Source of the DNA: Octopus vulgaris
Lineage: Eukaryota
Direction of reading: 5' to 3'
Length of the DNA stretch: 64,000 bases
NCBI GenBank assembly: GCA_951406725.2
Contig: OX597817.1
Span: 10,044,001-10,108,000 of the forward strand
Numbering within the stretch: position 1 is the stretch's first letter; each line of letters opens with the position of its first letter. Of this stretch, positions 38,860-50,281 are shown in pieces. The notes beneath the pieces are model-generated. The model was given only the letters and a program-made list of their open reading frames with translations, did not search any database and had not been told where the DNA came from. Both the position numbers and the translations under genes were made by a program.

Positions 38860-39859
38860 CATTCTTCTTATTGTTGTTGTTGTTGTTGTATGCGATGTCT
38901 CTGTTGAATATTTTAACCAGAAGATTAGAATCTTATCCTTTTCCCAATGTTTGCCAATAGCTTGCTTTTTTTGTAGAGCATTGAGTACTTTGTGTTGATT
39001 TGGCTCTCCTGCTATTGTTCAGGTTTTGAGCTTCTTGTGTTGATCAATCTCGTCTGTGTTGTCTTACTCTCTGCCCATACTCCTCCCAAGAATTCCGCTA
39101 CTTGTTGTTAGTAATGCATTGATTTCTGTTATATTTTTGTCTAGTTCTTGATGAAATCGGTTTGGGTTGGAGTCGAAGTGTTTGCTTTCTTCAAAGAATC
39201 GTTGTCACTTTTCATACCGACTGATTATTTGCGATTTAGCAATATCTTCTTTTCAGATATTCATTCATTTCGAGTACATTTTTTTTTATTAAGTTATATT
39301 CCTATAGTATTTTTCTCTTGTTTTTTTATTCAATTTATGTCATTTTGTTAGAATTGAAATATCTTTTATATCTTTTCTGTATATTTGTTTTCGAGGTTAT
39401 TTACATAAGTTTCAATATTCTTATATAAGTAGAACGAAGGATACACCCACTTTCTTTTGTAACCACTGCGGCTGCTACATATATTATTTTAAGTAATCTC
39501 ATTTTGTTTAATATTGATTTACATAGAAACATTGATTTTAATTCTTAAATTATTTCCACTTTTAAATTATCTTGTTTGTGAATTCCATCTTTAGAATTTT
39601 CTATTCTTAAATCTTTTCGCTATGTCCTTACATATACATTCTTGTTTGGGTATTGGGTATTGGTTTGCTTTTTGATTATCAGTATTACGTAGGTCTTCTA
39701 AGGTTTAGTTTTGTTGTGTTTTGCTGTTTGCTTCGATTGTGTTACACATGTTTCATGGTTTACACATTTTGTTTGTGATTTCTTTATCTATTCTTTCTAT
39801 AAAGTGTTCTATTTCGAGTTTTGATATTTTAATATTTCGGGGCTTTCAGAATGTATCTT

Positions 39860-40350
39860 GGTACGTTTTGCTTATCATATTCCCATTAAAAAATTGCCAT
39901 TAAAAAATTGGGTTATCTCCCCATTAAGAAATTGAGTTTATGTGGCGACAAGAGATTGGATTAAAAGAGTTAGATCCTTTTGATTCAATGCTTCAACACA
40001 TTGTAGACTTTCGGCCTCCACAATAGGCATCGTACGATTTGTTATAAAAACGTTATCATATTCAATAAGATGTTTAATTTTTTTCAGTTTTCCTGTTTTT
40101 GAGATTTCGTGTCTACTTTCATTTTCAGTTTTCATGTTTCATGTTATATGTTCAGGTCTCATGTTTATTAATTTTTTTTAGCTTTGTATCATATGTTATA
40201 AAAATATTATTAGATTCAATAAGATGTTTATTAATTTCATGTTTATTAATTTTTAAATTTGTTTATTTGTTTTATTGGGGGTTAAACAATTTTTTTAGTT
40301 GGGGGAGATAACACAATTTTGTTAAGGGGGCGAGATAACCAAAGCGTACC
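39860..40350. mobile_element. MITE / non-autonomous DNA transposon, Merlin-like
   Basis: TIRs ggtacgttttgcttatc / gataaccaaagcgtacc plus subterminal ttatctcccc motifs. Perfect 8-bp TSD tgtatctt (39852-39859, 40351-40358). 5'-GG termini with an 8-bp TSD are typical of Merlin. Confidence 0.8.
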
Positions 40351-41434
40351 TGTATCTTATTACAAATGCATTTAATCAGGTTTATTTTCTTTCCAAATTT
40401 ATACGAAAATATCGTTTTCAGGGTGGAATATGGATATAAAAGATGCATATAGAATAATAACCTATTCCTATCATGTCATTTTCTCCTTTTCTGTTTTATT
40501 TGCGGGATTCGATTATTAATGTCCAGCCTTTTATTTAGATTGCCATTATTTTCGTCTGGTACTGATCTGCTTCTGGCAAAACTAGAAATAAATTTCTCCT
40601 GCTTTTTATGTATCCAGTTCAACGATTACGCATTTTCTTTATAATCTGGGGCTGAATCGTGCGTTTTTATTTGTGCTGCATTATCTTCGATGGACGAACT
40701 AAGACGATTTCGAAATGATATGACTCGTGTTTCGTAAATTTGTTTACACATAGTATCCAATAGCCGGATTAGACGAAAATCTATACATTAAGTAAAAATC
40801 AATACATTTTACAAGTAAATCGCTGTATTCATTATACAGTTAGCCTTGAACTGTTTTGTCATTTCCCTGATTTGATTTGTTGGAAGTTAATCGATTTTAA
40901 AGGAAAAATTGTTTTTAAAGAAAATTCATAGCTGTAGTCTATCATGTTAAACGTTCCGGGCTGTTTCGCTCCATTCCCCGGTTTTCTCTTTCGTTTTCGT
41001 GATAATTTTTCAGTGATTGGATCTTTGAAAACTTAGAACCAATGATTGGTTCTTTAGAAACCTGATGCCCACACATGCATGATAATAAAGATAATAAAAA
41101 TAACAAATAATTAAGTATTGATTCCGTCATACATATCTACACATGTATGCATGAATGGTATGTATCTAAGTATGTATGCACACACACACACAAACATATA
41201 TACATATACATGTACGTATAGACATATGTACATATATGTATGCATATATATATAGACATAAGTACACATATGTATGCATATATATATATACATATATACC
41301 TAATATATATAGACATATATAGTATATACATATATATTTATATATGTGTATATATGTATACACACACACATACACATATACGCATATGTACATATATGTA
41401 TACATATGTATATATGAATGTATATATATGTATG

Positions 41435-41485
<51 letters not shown>

Positions 41486-41661
41486 CAAACTAAGATAACA
41501 TGGCGAAGGCAATTTGATTTTCCTAGGATATTTCTACGGTCACACACTATGCATCTTAAACTCCTCACTCATACTATTATTGAACCGGGAGCTTAACAGC
41601 GATCCTTTCGTAGCATTTACATAACCTTACCTACCTTTTGGATCTTCTGGATACCAAAACA

Positions 41662-41706
<45 letters not shown>

Positions 41707-41772
41707 AGATCGTTAGCCACTAGACGAATTTTTTTCTCTCCTTGTTTTTTTCGTGAACTCTCCCACTCTCTT

Positions 41773-42170
<398 letters not shown>

Positions 42171-42685
42171 TATATATTTATTTATTTATATATATACTAG
42201 AAAGACCGCCTTCCTGGCGGTTTTCTGTTAGCCATTTAATACTTTTGCATTTGAGTCCAAATACTAATAATTTTTGATATTTTACGTCTAATTATTCCTT
42301 TGTATAATAGTGCTCACTTAGTAAATATTGCTCTCATTATTTTATCACAGTCATAATCTCTTTTTCTTAAACAAACATCAAAGTGATCCAACTTCGTTTA
42401 TTGTGCAAAAAATAGCAGCGATCACATAGAGGTATTAATACCTATAGCGCATCAAGTAACCATAGCAACAAATTCACTTGATAATTCTTATATAACGCGG
42501 AAAGGAAATGCGTCACATGAGCTCAAAGCTTCAGTAAGTTTTGATAAGTTGTCCAATATAATTTTTCCAGTATGTATAGACAAATTCGCAGTGTAAATGC
42601 CCTCAGTTTATTAAGTCAGCAAAATACCTGATTTCCTCATCTGAAATAACGAAATAAAACTTGAAATAAAAATTTGTAATGAATA

Positions 42686-43105
42686 GGCGCAGGAGTGGCT
42701 GTGTGGTAAGTCGCTTGTTTACCAACCACATGGTTCCAGGTTCAGTCCCACTGCGTGGCATCTTTGGCAAGTCTCTTCTGCTATAGCCTCGGGCCGACCA
42801 AAGCCTTGTGAGTGGATTTGGTAGACGGAAACTGAAAGAAACCTGTCGTATATATGTATATATATATATATATGTATCTGTGTGTATATGTTTGTGTGTC
42901 TGTGTTTGTCCCTCTAGCATTGCTTGACAACCGATGCTGGTCTGTTTACGTCCCCGTCACCAGCGGTTCGGCAAAAGAGCACGATAGAATAAGTACTGGG
43001 CTTACAAAGAATAAGTCCCGGGGTCCGATTTGCTCGACTAAAGGCGGCGGTGCTCCAGCGTGGCCGCAGTCAAATGACTGAAACAAGTAAAAGAGTAAAA
43101 GAGTA
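42686..43105 (+). mobile_element. SINE family A, full length
   Basis: Matches 37721-38135. Confidence 0.95.
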
Positions 43106-43714
43106 ATATATATTAAGTAAATTATTATTATTAATGAAAACAATTCGAGGCGAGACAGAGAGAGTGAGAGACTAAGTTACAAACAAAAATGAAAACTTTC
43201 GCCAGAACATATATATATGGATATGTTTATCAAATGTTAAAACCTACTCTGCAGCAAATATTTAAATTTGTAATATTAAATAAAAACAGATGCTTCGAAA
43301 TTGCCTTTTTATCGATATATATTGACAGAGGAATTTGTAAAACTTTTCTCGAGAGCCAAGCCTATAAAGGAGTGTCAAACCTATCTTTCACCGAATATTT
43401 AAATCTGTGAACTTGAAATATTCAATAGTAAAAGGAAATTCAGAAAGTAAATTTTCCTGAAAAGCTTAATTTATAATTAAAAAAATTACTTGCTTAGTAA
43501 ATATTTCTTTCAGTAACTTATCGTTGTTGTAATATATCTCTAATTTATACAATGTAACCCAAATACGTTTTGCGTGCTAGAAATAACACGATCACAGTTA
43601 TTATTGTAAGCGTTCCAAACACCCATACCAATAAAACTACTTAACTTCTAGCAAAAAAAAAATTATACCGATATTTAAAGGAAAATTCATTTTATCAAAA
43701 ATATTCATTTAACA

Positions 43715-44124
43715 GGCGCAGGAGTGGCTGTGTGGTAAGTAGCTTGCTAACCAACCACATGTTTCCGGGTTCGGTCCCACTGCGTGGCATCTTGGGCAAG
43801 TGTCTTCTGCTATAGCCCCGGGCCGACCAATGCCTTGTGAGTGGATTTGGTAAACGGAAACTGAAAGAAGCCTGTCGTATATATGTATATATGTATATAT
43901 ATGTGTGTGTGTATTTTTGTGTCTGTGTTTGTCCCCCTAGCATTGCTTGACAACCGATGCTGGTGTGTTTATGTCCCCGTCATTTAGCGGTTCGGCAAAA
44001 GAGACCGATAGAATAAGTACTGGGCTTACAAAGAATAAGTCCCGGGGTCGAGTTGCTCGACTAAAGGCGGTGCTCCAGCATGGCCGCAGTCAAATGACTG
44101 AAGCAAGTAAAGGAGTAAAGGAGT
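43715..44124 (+). mobile_element. SINE family A, full length
   Basis: Matches 37721-38135; short taaca repeat at both flanks. Confidence 0.95.
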
Positions 44125-45068
44125 AACAAACACTGGAAACTGATATTATTCTTGAAATGGTGCCTCAAAGTTATACAGCTATTTTTTAAAATAACATTGA
44201 TTCATTCAATACATAGATTTTTTTTATATAGAATAAACTGTGGGTTTTGCAAATAACAAATTAAAACTTGAAATGAAAACATTGAAATGAATATATTTTA
44301 AATTATCATTAACGAAAATAGAGCCGAGAGAGAGTGAGGGAGTGTTGCAAATGAACAATATTGTTTATCAAACATTAAAATCTACTCCGCAGTGAATGCA
44401 ACGAATATTTAAATTTGTAAAAAAAAACTTGTATTTCAAGTATTCAATAAACTTCAGAAATCGAAATTACTGGAAATTTCTAGGAACATGAAATTAGAAA
44501 AAAAATTCAAGACGGTCAAGCCTTTAGTAATTCCTTTATTTTGGAACTGTTACATACCTAATTAATAAGCAGCTTTCTCCATTATTATATAGATATGTAT
44601 CTTTGTATATGTGTGTGTGTGCGTGTATGTATGTAGAGATATATATATAGTCCAAAATATGTCTTTAAAAAATATAATGAAAGTTAGAGACCCATTCGTC
44701 AGCAAACTACCCAATTTGGGTTCATATGCATCTAAATAATAAATAATTTAAGACAAAAATAAGAAGAAACCCAGGTTTAATCCTCAGGTAGTATACAAGA
44801 CTGGAACGTCAATACAATGAACTTCCACCTATTTTCCTTCAACCGTATTTCATATGATCCATTGAGAGTGTCTCAACATGCTTAGTGGAACTTTTCACTT
44901 GAACTTCACACTACTACTCTTGTCTTAGAAAAAGTGACCGTGTTTAACGTTTTCTACTATGCCGATCCTGAATGAAGACGGGATGGATAGAGTTGGAATG
45001 CCTTTGATCTTAAATCTGTTCGATCAGGGCTGCACTGAGTTCATTAACCACAATAACAACAATAACTG

Positions 45069-45446
45069 TTTTATTATTACCCACAAGGGGCCAACAAAGA
45101 GGGGACAATACAACCTGATGTGGGGTCAGATTCTCGGATGGGGTTACAAAAAAGATGAGATTAAAAATTCAAAAATTCACAAAAATGCAAAAATTATAAA
45201 ATCGAATGAAAAAAACAGACCGGAAGACATTACAGGTGGAGTGGGGGCGGGTTCAGCTCGGACCCCACGAGCCCCGCCTCACCACTGATACTTTTGGTTT
45301 CGTTCTGATTTACATTTATGTGGTGTCATCCATTCTCAACTTCCGTGCTACATCCTTCCATCGTTCTTCATACACTCTTTTAGTCAGGCATTTTCTCTCC
45401 AGCCCTATCTTCCTTTTCAGGTGGTAGATGAAGTAATTCACAATAC
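45069..45446 (-). pseudogene. L1/Tx1-like LINE 3' end (ORF2 terminus and 3' UTR)
   Basis: VNYFIYHLKRKIGLERKCLTKRVYEERWKDVARKLRMDDTT*, then a 3' UTR ending ttgtcccctctttgttggccccttgtgggtaataataaaa. Confidence 0.7.
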
Positions 45447-45692
45447 ACAATAACAACAATAACAGCACAATTTCAGTTCTAAAACTAAGTGCAACCGAAA
45501 GTTATAATAAAAATAAAAGTACCCAAAAGTCTAATGCGAAATTCTTAACCATGTTCCCATCCTAGCACGCTTCAATATACATATGTATATACATACCTAA
45601 TTGTCTCCTTTTGTGTTCAACTGTATGCATGTGTGTGTGTATGTATGTGTGTGTGTTCGCGCGCGTGTGTGTGTCTATGTGCTTGTACATAG

Positions 45693-45885
45693 TCTTTTAC
45701 TTGCTTCAGTCATTTGACTGTGGCCATGCTGGAGCACCGTCTTAAATTGAGCAAATCGACACCAGGACTTATTATTTGTAAGCCTAGTACTTATTCTCTT
45801 TTGCCGAACCGCTAACTTACGGGGACGTAAACACACCAGCATCGATTGTCAAGCGATGTTGGGGGGACAAGCACAGACACACAAT

Positions 45886-45968
<83 letters not shown>

Positions 45969-46175
45969 ATATTTCGGAATGGTCATATTGCACAATATAT
46001 ATATATATATATATACGACGGGCTTCTTTCAGTTTCCGTCTACCAAATCCACTCACAAGGCTTTGGTCGGCCCAAGGCTATAGTAGACACTTGCCCAAGG
46101 TGCCACGCAATGACACTGAAACCGGAAACATGTGGTTGGTAAGCAAGCTACTTACGACGCAGCCACTCCTACGCC
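45693..46175 (-). mobile_element. SINE family A, full length with expanded internal microsatellite
   Basis: Reverse complement of the family consensus. Confidence 0.92.
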
Positions 46176-46563
46176 TATATGTCCATGTATATATTAGTGA
46201 ATAAGCATACACATGTATTTGTAATTGCAGTTGCACTTATGTTCATGTATGTACGAGTGTTCGGTGTGGAGTATGTCGGTTTAATGTGTAGAGATTCTAT
46301 GTAAATGCATCTGCAGATTTCAGCTCCTATAGTTGCAGTGCTGTTGCATAAGCGAACGGATATATATATACGTAATAGCATAAATACATAAAAGTATGCG
46401 TACAATCTATGTGTGTGTAAATGAATATAGGATTTACATGCATGTGTAATGCGTATAAATATATGTGCGAAAGCGTATGGATGTGTGAACATGATACTTT
46501 ATTATCGTTGAGAAAATGTATGCGCATTGTGTGCAAATTACTTAATGAGTGCGCGTCTGTGTT

Positions 46564-46626
<63 letters not shown>

Positions 46627-46663
46627 GTATATATATGTATATATGTGTATATATATATATGTA

Positions 46664-46696
<33 letters not shown>

Positions 46697-47297
46697 GCAT
46701 ATATATATATATATATATACTTATATATATATATATGCATATATATATATATGCATATATATATATATATATACGTATATGTATGTATATATGTATGTGT
46801 TTATATATGTATGTATAGGAGCAGATGCGTGCGTAAGTGTGCATTGGAGTGTATAGTTGTCTCTCTCGGGATTTTTATAATGTTTGTTACCAACAGAGTG
46901 GAAACACTCCCTTGATAACATAGCTACTATGTTTTATTCATGATATCCTTGATGGCCACAACGACGACGGTGAGGAGAAGGCAGTACGAGGGGGAGTAGG
47001 AAGAAAAGAAGAGGAGGTAAGGGGAGGAGGAGGAGGAGGAGGAGGAGGAATTTCATCGTCATCATCAACACCGTGGTTGTCATCTTCATTGTCGTCGTCA
47101 TCATCACCATCATCATTATCATCACCATCGTCATCAAAATCATCTTGATGATTACGGGTTTTGATGAGTGTGACAGTAGTGGTGGTAGCAGCAGTAGTGG
47201 TGGTGGTACTAACGGTGGTGTCGGTAGTGGTGCTGGTGGTTGTGATCGATCAGTAATAATTAGTGATAAACATGATCCTAATCGTAATGTAATCATT

Positions 47298-47395
47298 TAA
47301 TAATAATGATAATAATAATAATAATAATAATAACAATAATAAAAATGATAATAATAATAATGATAATAATAATGATAATGATGATAATAATAATG

Positions 47396-47426
<31 letters not shown>

Positions 47427-47605
47427 TAATAAAAATGATAATAATAATAATGATAATAATAATGATAATGATGATAATAATAATGATAATAATAATGATA
47501 ATGATAATAATAATAATAACAACAATAATTATAATAACAATAATAATAATAACAATAATAATAAAAATAACAATAATAATAAAAATAATAATAATAATGA
47601 TAATA

Positions 47606-47636
<31 letters not shown>

Positions 47637-47650
47637 TGATAATAATAATG

Positions 47651-47693
<43 letters not shown>

Positions 47694-47727
47694 TAATAAT
47701 AATAATAACAATAATAATAAAAATAAA

Positions 47728-47759
<32 letters not shown>

Positions 47760-47764
47760 AAATG

Positions 47765-47817
<53 letters not shown>
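47298..47817. repeat. (AAT)n/(GAT)n microsatellite with higher-order duplication
   Basis: About 520 bp; a 90-bp variant block is repeated twice at about 47311-47490. Confidence 0.97.
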
Positions 47818-48375
47818 TGCCCTGATGCAGTACCAGGCAGTGGCTCTCATGGCTTCTGATCTTAACTGATTGGAAGTATTATCATGTACATTGTTTTGTC
47901 TTGGTATAAAAGATGGGCTACAGCAAATATTCTGCTCAATACCACAGATTTGCTTGTCAGTTGTTTGACCTTAACCAGTTGAGCATGTCCCTTAGTGGCT
48001 GACGATATGTGCATCTCTGATCATGAGCAGAAGTAGTGGGGGAGCATCATAGCCATGTGTTGAGAGGGATTCTTTTGGGTTTGAATAGTTCACCTCTGGA
48101 AACATGGGTGGTTCTTTCAACATCCTTAAACAACCCTTATTCAGGAACCGTTTGAGCGGGATGGGCTACTCAACCTGAAGAAAATTCTAACTGGGCCCCA
48201 CCTGCAAGGTCATGTGCTGTTTATCTTGATATGAGATCACCATGTCGCGCACATATGGTTGTGATGCATGTGCCTAGTGTACCTTTATCAGACGGGTAGT
48301 CATGATGGGTATATTGGGCTTCGTATATTTTACCCCAGTGTCACTTTGATGGCATGCACTGCTCTCTCACTCAAT
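47818..48375. mobile_element. Unclassified ~560-bp element embedded in (AAT)n
   Basis: GC-richer complex sequence bounded on both sides by aat repeats; no long ORF or TIR seen. Confidence 0.5.
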
Positions 48376-48915
48376 GATAATAATAATAATGAAAGTATTG
48401 GGAATCTTGGTAGTGAAGGGGTGGTGTTAATGTTTATGTGGATGATGAGAATAACGAATAATAACTACGGTGATGATTGCGACGGTGGTAATGGAAAAGG
48501 CCAATAAGAATGATGATGCCACTGACGATTGGAACTATTGTGGGTCTCAGAGTATGATAGTGACGATGATTATGACGACATTCACAGAGTGGGGTTGTGG
48601 CAGTAATAATAATGGCGACAGGGTTATTAAATTCCTGTTTGTATAGAGACGCTGTTGTAATCGCTGATCCGGTGATGCCATCGTCCGCATCACCAATATC
48701 AATGTCATTATGACAATTGCCACTTATGCACACACACACATGCACACACACATACACACACACATACACGCACACTAATGCTCATATACGTATGTACGTA
48801 TGTATATGCATGTATATAATTGTGTGTGAGAGAGCGAGAAGAGAACGGTTAAGAGTATACACTCTTATGTATGTTTTCAATGTATAAAAAATGGTAGCCA
48901 GTACTCATATATATA

Positions 48916-50133
48916 CGGGTGAGGAAGATATTTGGAGACAGAAAAACAGATATATAATAACAAATAAAAACTTTATTTATCAAAAACTGCTATGATGATA
49001 AAAATAAACCTTCTTTTCTATAATGTTATTCAATAGAGCCTCCTTCAGCTTCAACAACTGCTTTTATATGAGATCTAAATCACCTACATGCTCGAATCAA
49101 GTGGTCCTGGTTCACTTTAGACATTAATCTGACTATGGCAGCTTTCAAAGAATCATTCGTTGACCTCAATAACACTCCACATGTAATAGTTCAATGGATT
49201 GAGATCCGGGAAATTAGGAGGCCAAATGTTAGGAGTTATATGATCTTGAAAATTTTCAGCCATCCATTCCTGTATTACTAGTTTATTGCAGAGTATTACT
49301 GAAACACATATGCCCTTCCATCACATATACTGTCTATCCAGGGCTTAACAATTATTTCCATAATGTCAATGTAGGCGGCAGAGTTGACTCTAAGGCTTTG
49401 TGGAAAGAAGTAAGGAGGCATCATATGTCCTTCATTGCTGACAATCCCTAAAACCATGACAGTTTCAGGAAATTTTGTATGCATAACACTTGGAATTTCA
49501 AAAGGGTCTGCACATAACCATCTGTCATTTCTTCTGTTAACTTTTTGATCTTAGTCGAAGTTTTTCTCTTTTGAGAAAAACCAAATTAAATCTTATTCAC
49601 CTGGATTTTTCAGTTTGTTTAAGAGCCTTTTAGATCTGTTGTAGTGATTTTCTTTTGCTTTTTCTAACAAATTGACCTTTCCTCATCATACAAGACTTAT
49701 ATCTAATGTCTTCGTGGACATGATTCCTGACGGTTCCTTCAGACACATGGAGATCTATTGCAATTGGCCTCATGAACTTTCTGGGATTGTAATCAATGGT
49801 CTGTTGAACTTATTGGATAAATTCAGGTGTTCTTATGATTTCAGATCGTTTAGAACCCTTTTTATGCATTGATACTAGTGATACCTTTCCATCTTCGGTC
49901 TCTAGCTCCTTAAAAATCTTTGTACACCAAAGATCTGGCAACTTTTAAAAGTCGAGATATTTCTAAATCGCTATGCTTAGCCTTTATAAAGACAATAACA
50001 GCATGCCTCTTCATTTCTTGAGCAAGCTGAGGCTCTACTATTATCATTTTCTGAAACAAAGATTATACAGAGTTAGCAAAAAATGCAGCAATGACCGAAA
50101 AAAGGTATGTCCTCAAATACCTTACACACCCTG
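48916..50133 (-). mobile_element. Decayed Tc1/mariner transposon (maT/DD37D-like)
   Basis: Imperfect TIRs cgggtgaggaagatatttggagaca / tgtcctcaaataccttacacaccctg. Transposase motifs WFFS.EKNF...NRRNDRWL, HTKFPETVMVLGIVSNEGHMMPPYFF, YVFQ, WPPNFPDLNPLNYYMW; stops and frameshifts present. Confidence 0.9.
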
Positions 50134-50191
50134 TGTATGTATATATATATATATATATATATATACATACATAAAGAGACAGACAAACAGG

Positions 50192-50192
<1 letters not shown>

Positions 50193-50280
<88 letters not shown>
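50193..50280. repeat. (GATA)n microsatellite
   Basis: Direct inspection. Confidence 0.98.

Positions 50281-50281
<1 letters not shown>

Larger units (their letters stand above)
36000..40750 (-). mobile_element. Old, fragmented R4/Dong-like LINE remnant(s) with nested insertions
   Basis: KYYHREARLILKTELSARYMIIGINILAISIINYNFNIINW (37209-37403) matches the post-RT region. Purine-rich decayed coding sequence lies on both sides; boundaries are approximate. Confidence 0.6.
42197..44593 (-). mobile_element. Non-autonomous Helitron (about 2.4 kb) carrying two nested SINE A copies
   Basis: Minus strand A|TCTATATAATAATGG at 44593 and ACCGCC-AGGAA-GGCGGT hairpin plus CTAG|T at 42197; internal direct repeat. 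Pairing of the two ends is inferred. Confidence 0.7.
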
